Assembly: GCA_003990765.1 (NCBI GenBank)
Contig: RBNJ01000048.1
Location: 1 to 47,122 of the forward strand
Reading direction: 5' to 3'
DNA length: 47,122 bases
Source of the DNA: Jimgerdemannia flammicorona
Lineage: Eukaryota
The stretch's first letter is position 1; the number at the start of each line of letters is the position of its first letter. Both the position numbers and the translations under genes were made by a program. The notes under the pieces are model-generated. The model did not search any database, was not told the origin of the DNA, and saw only the letters and a list, made by a program, of their open reading frames with translations. Shown here in pieces: positions 47,094 to 47,122 of this stretch.

Positions 47094-47122
47094 TTTTTTT
47101 TTTTTTTTTTTTTTTTTGTTTT

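Noticed and set aside
47094-47122. Poly-T as a LINE poly(A) tail
   Set aside because: It lies at the window edge with no adjacent LINE sequence or TSD visible, so it cannot be evaluated.

Overview
Eukaryotic DNA, most likely fungal. The gene types and TE content suggest an early-diverging/Mucoromycota-like host, which is an inference. Two CpG-retaining islands (1-~1340 and ~6340-12800) sit in AT-rich, almost CpG-free, C>T/G>A-mutated transposon DNA. Island 1 holds the start of a minus-strand gene and a frameshifted caspase-family (peptidase C14) pseudogene cut by a Copia insertion. Island 2 holds two divergent single-ORF genes: an F-box/ankyrin-like protein and a TPR+SET protein. Positions ~13 kb-44 kb are a four-level nest of LTR retrotransposons (Copia > Gypsy-B > Copia > Gypsy-A) plus a palindromic hAT-type MITE; most junctions are confirmed by target-site duplications. 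The standout is Gypsy-A, present as two full-length copies with a complex-retrovirus-like layout. It has gag-PR-(Cys/His motif)-dUTPase-RT-RH-IN, a small ORF before the PPT, a 4-bp TSD and ~1.5-kb LTRs. Each LTR carries an apparently self-contained gene: AP-1/Gcn4-type site, TATA, 277-aa ORF, tandem repeats, second TATA and poly(A) signal. The window ends in an unidentified coding remnant and CpG-decayed minisatellites. All calls come from reading the sequence by eye; no database searches were run.
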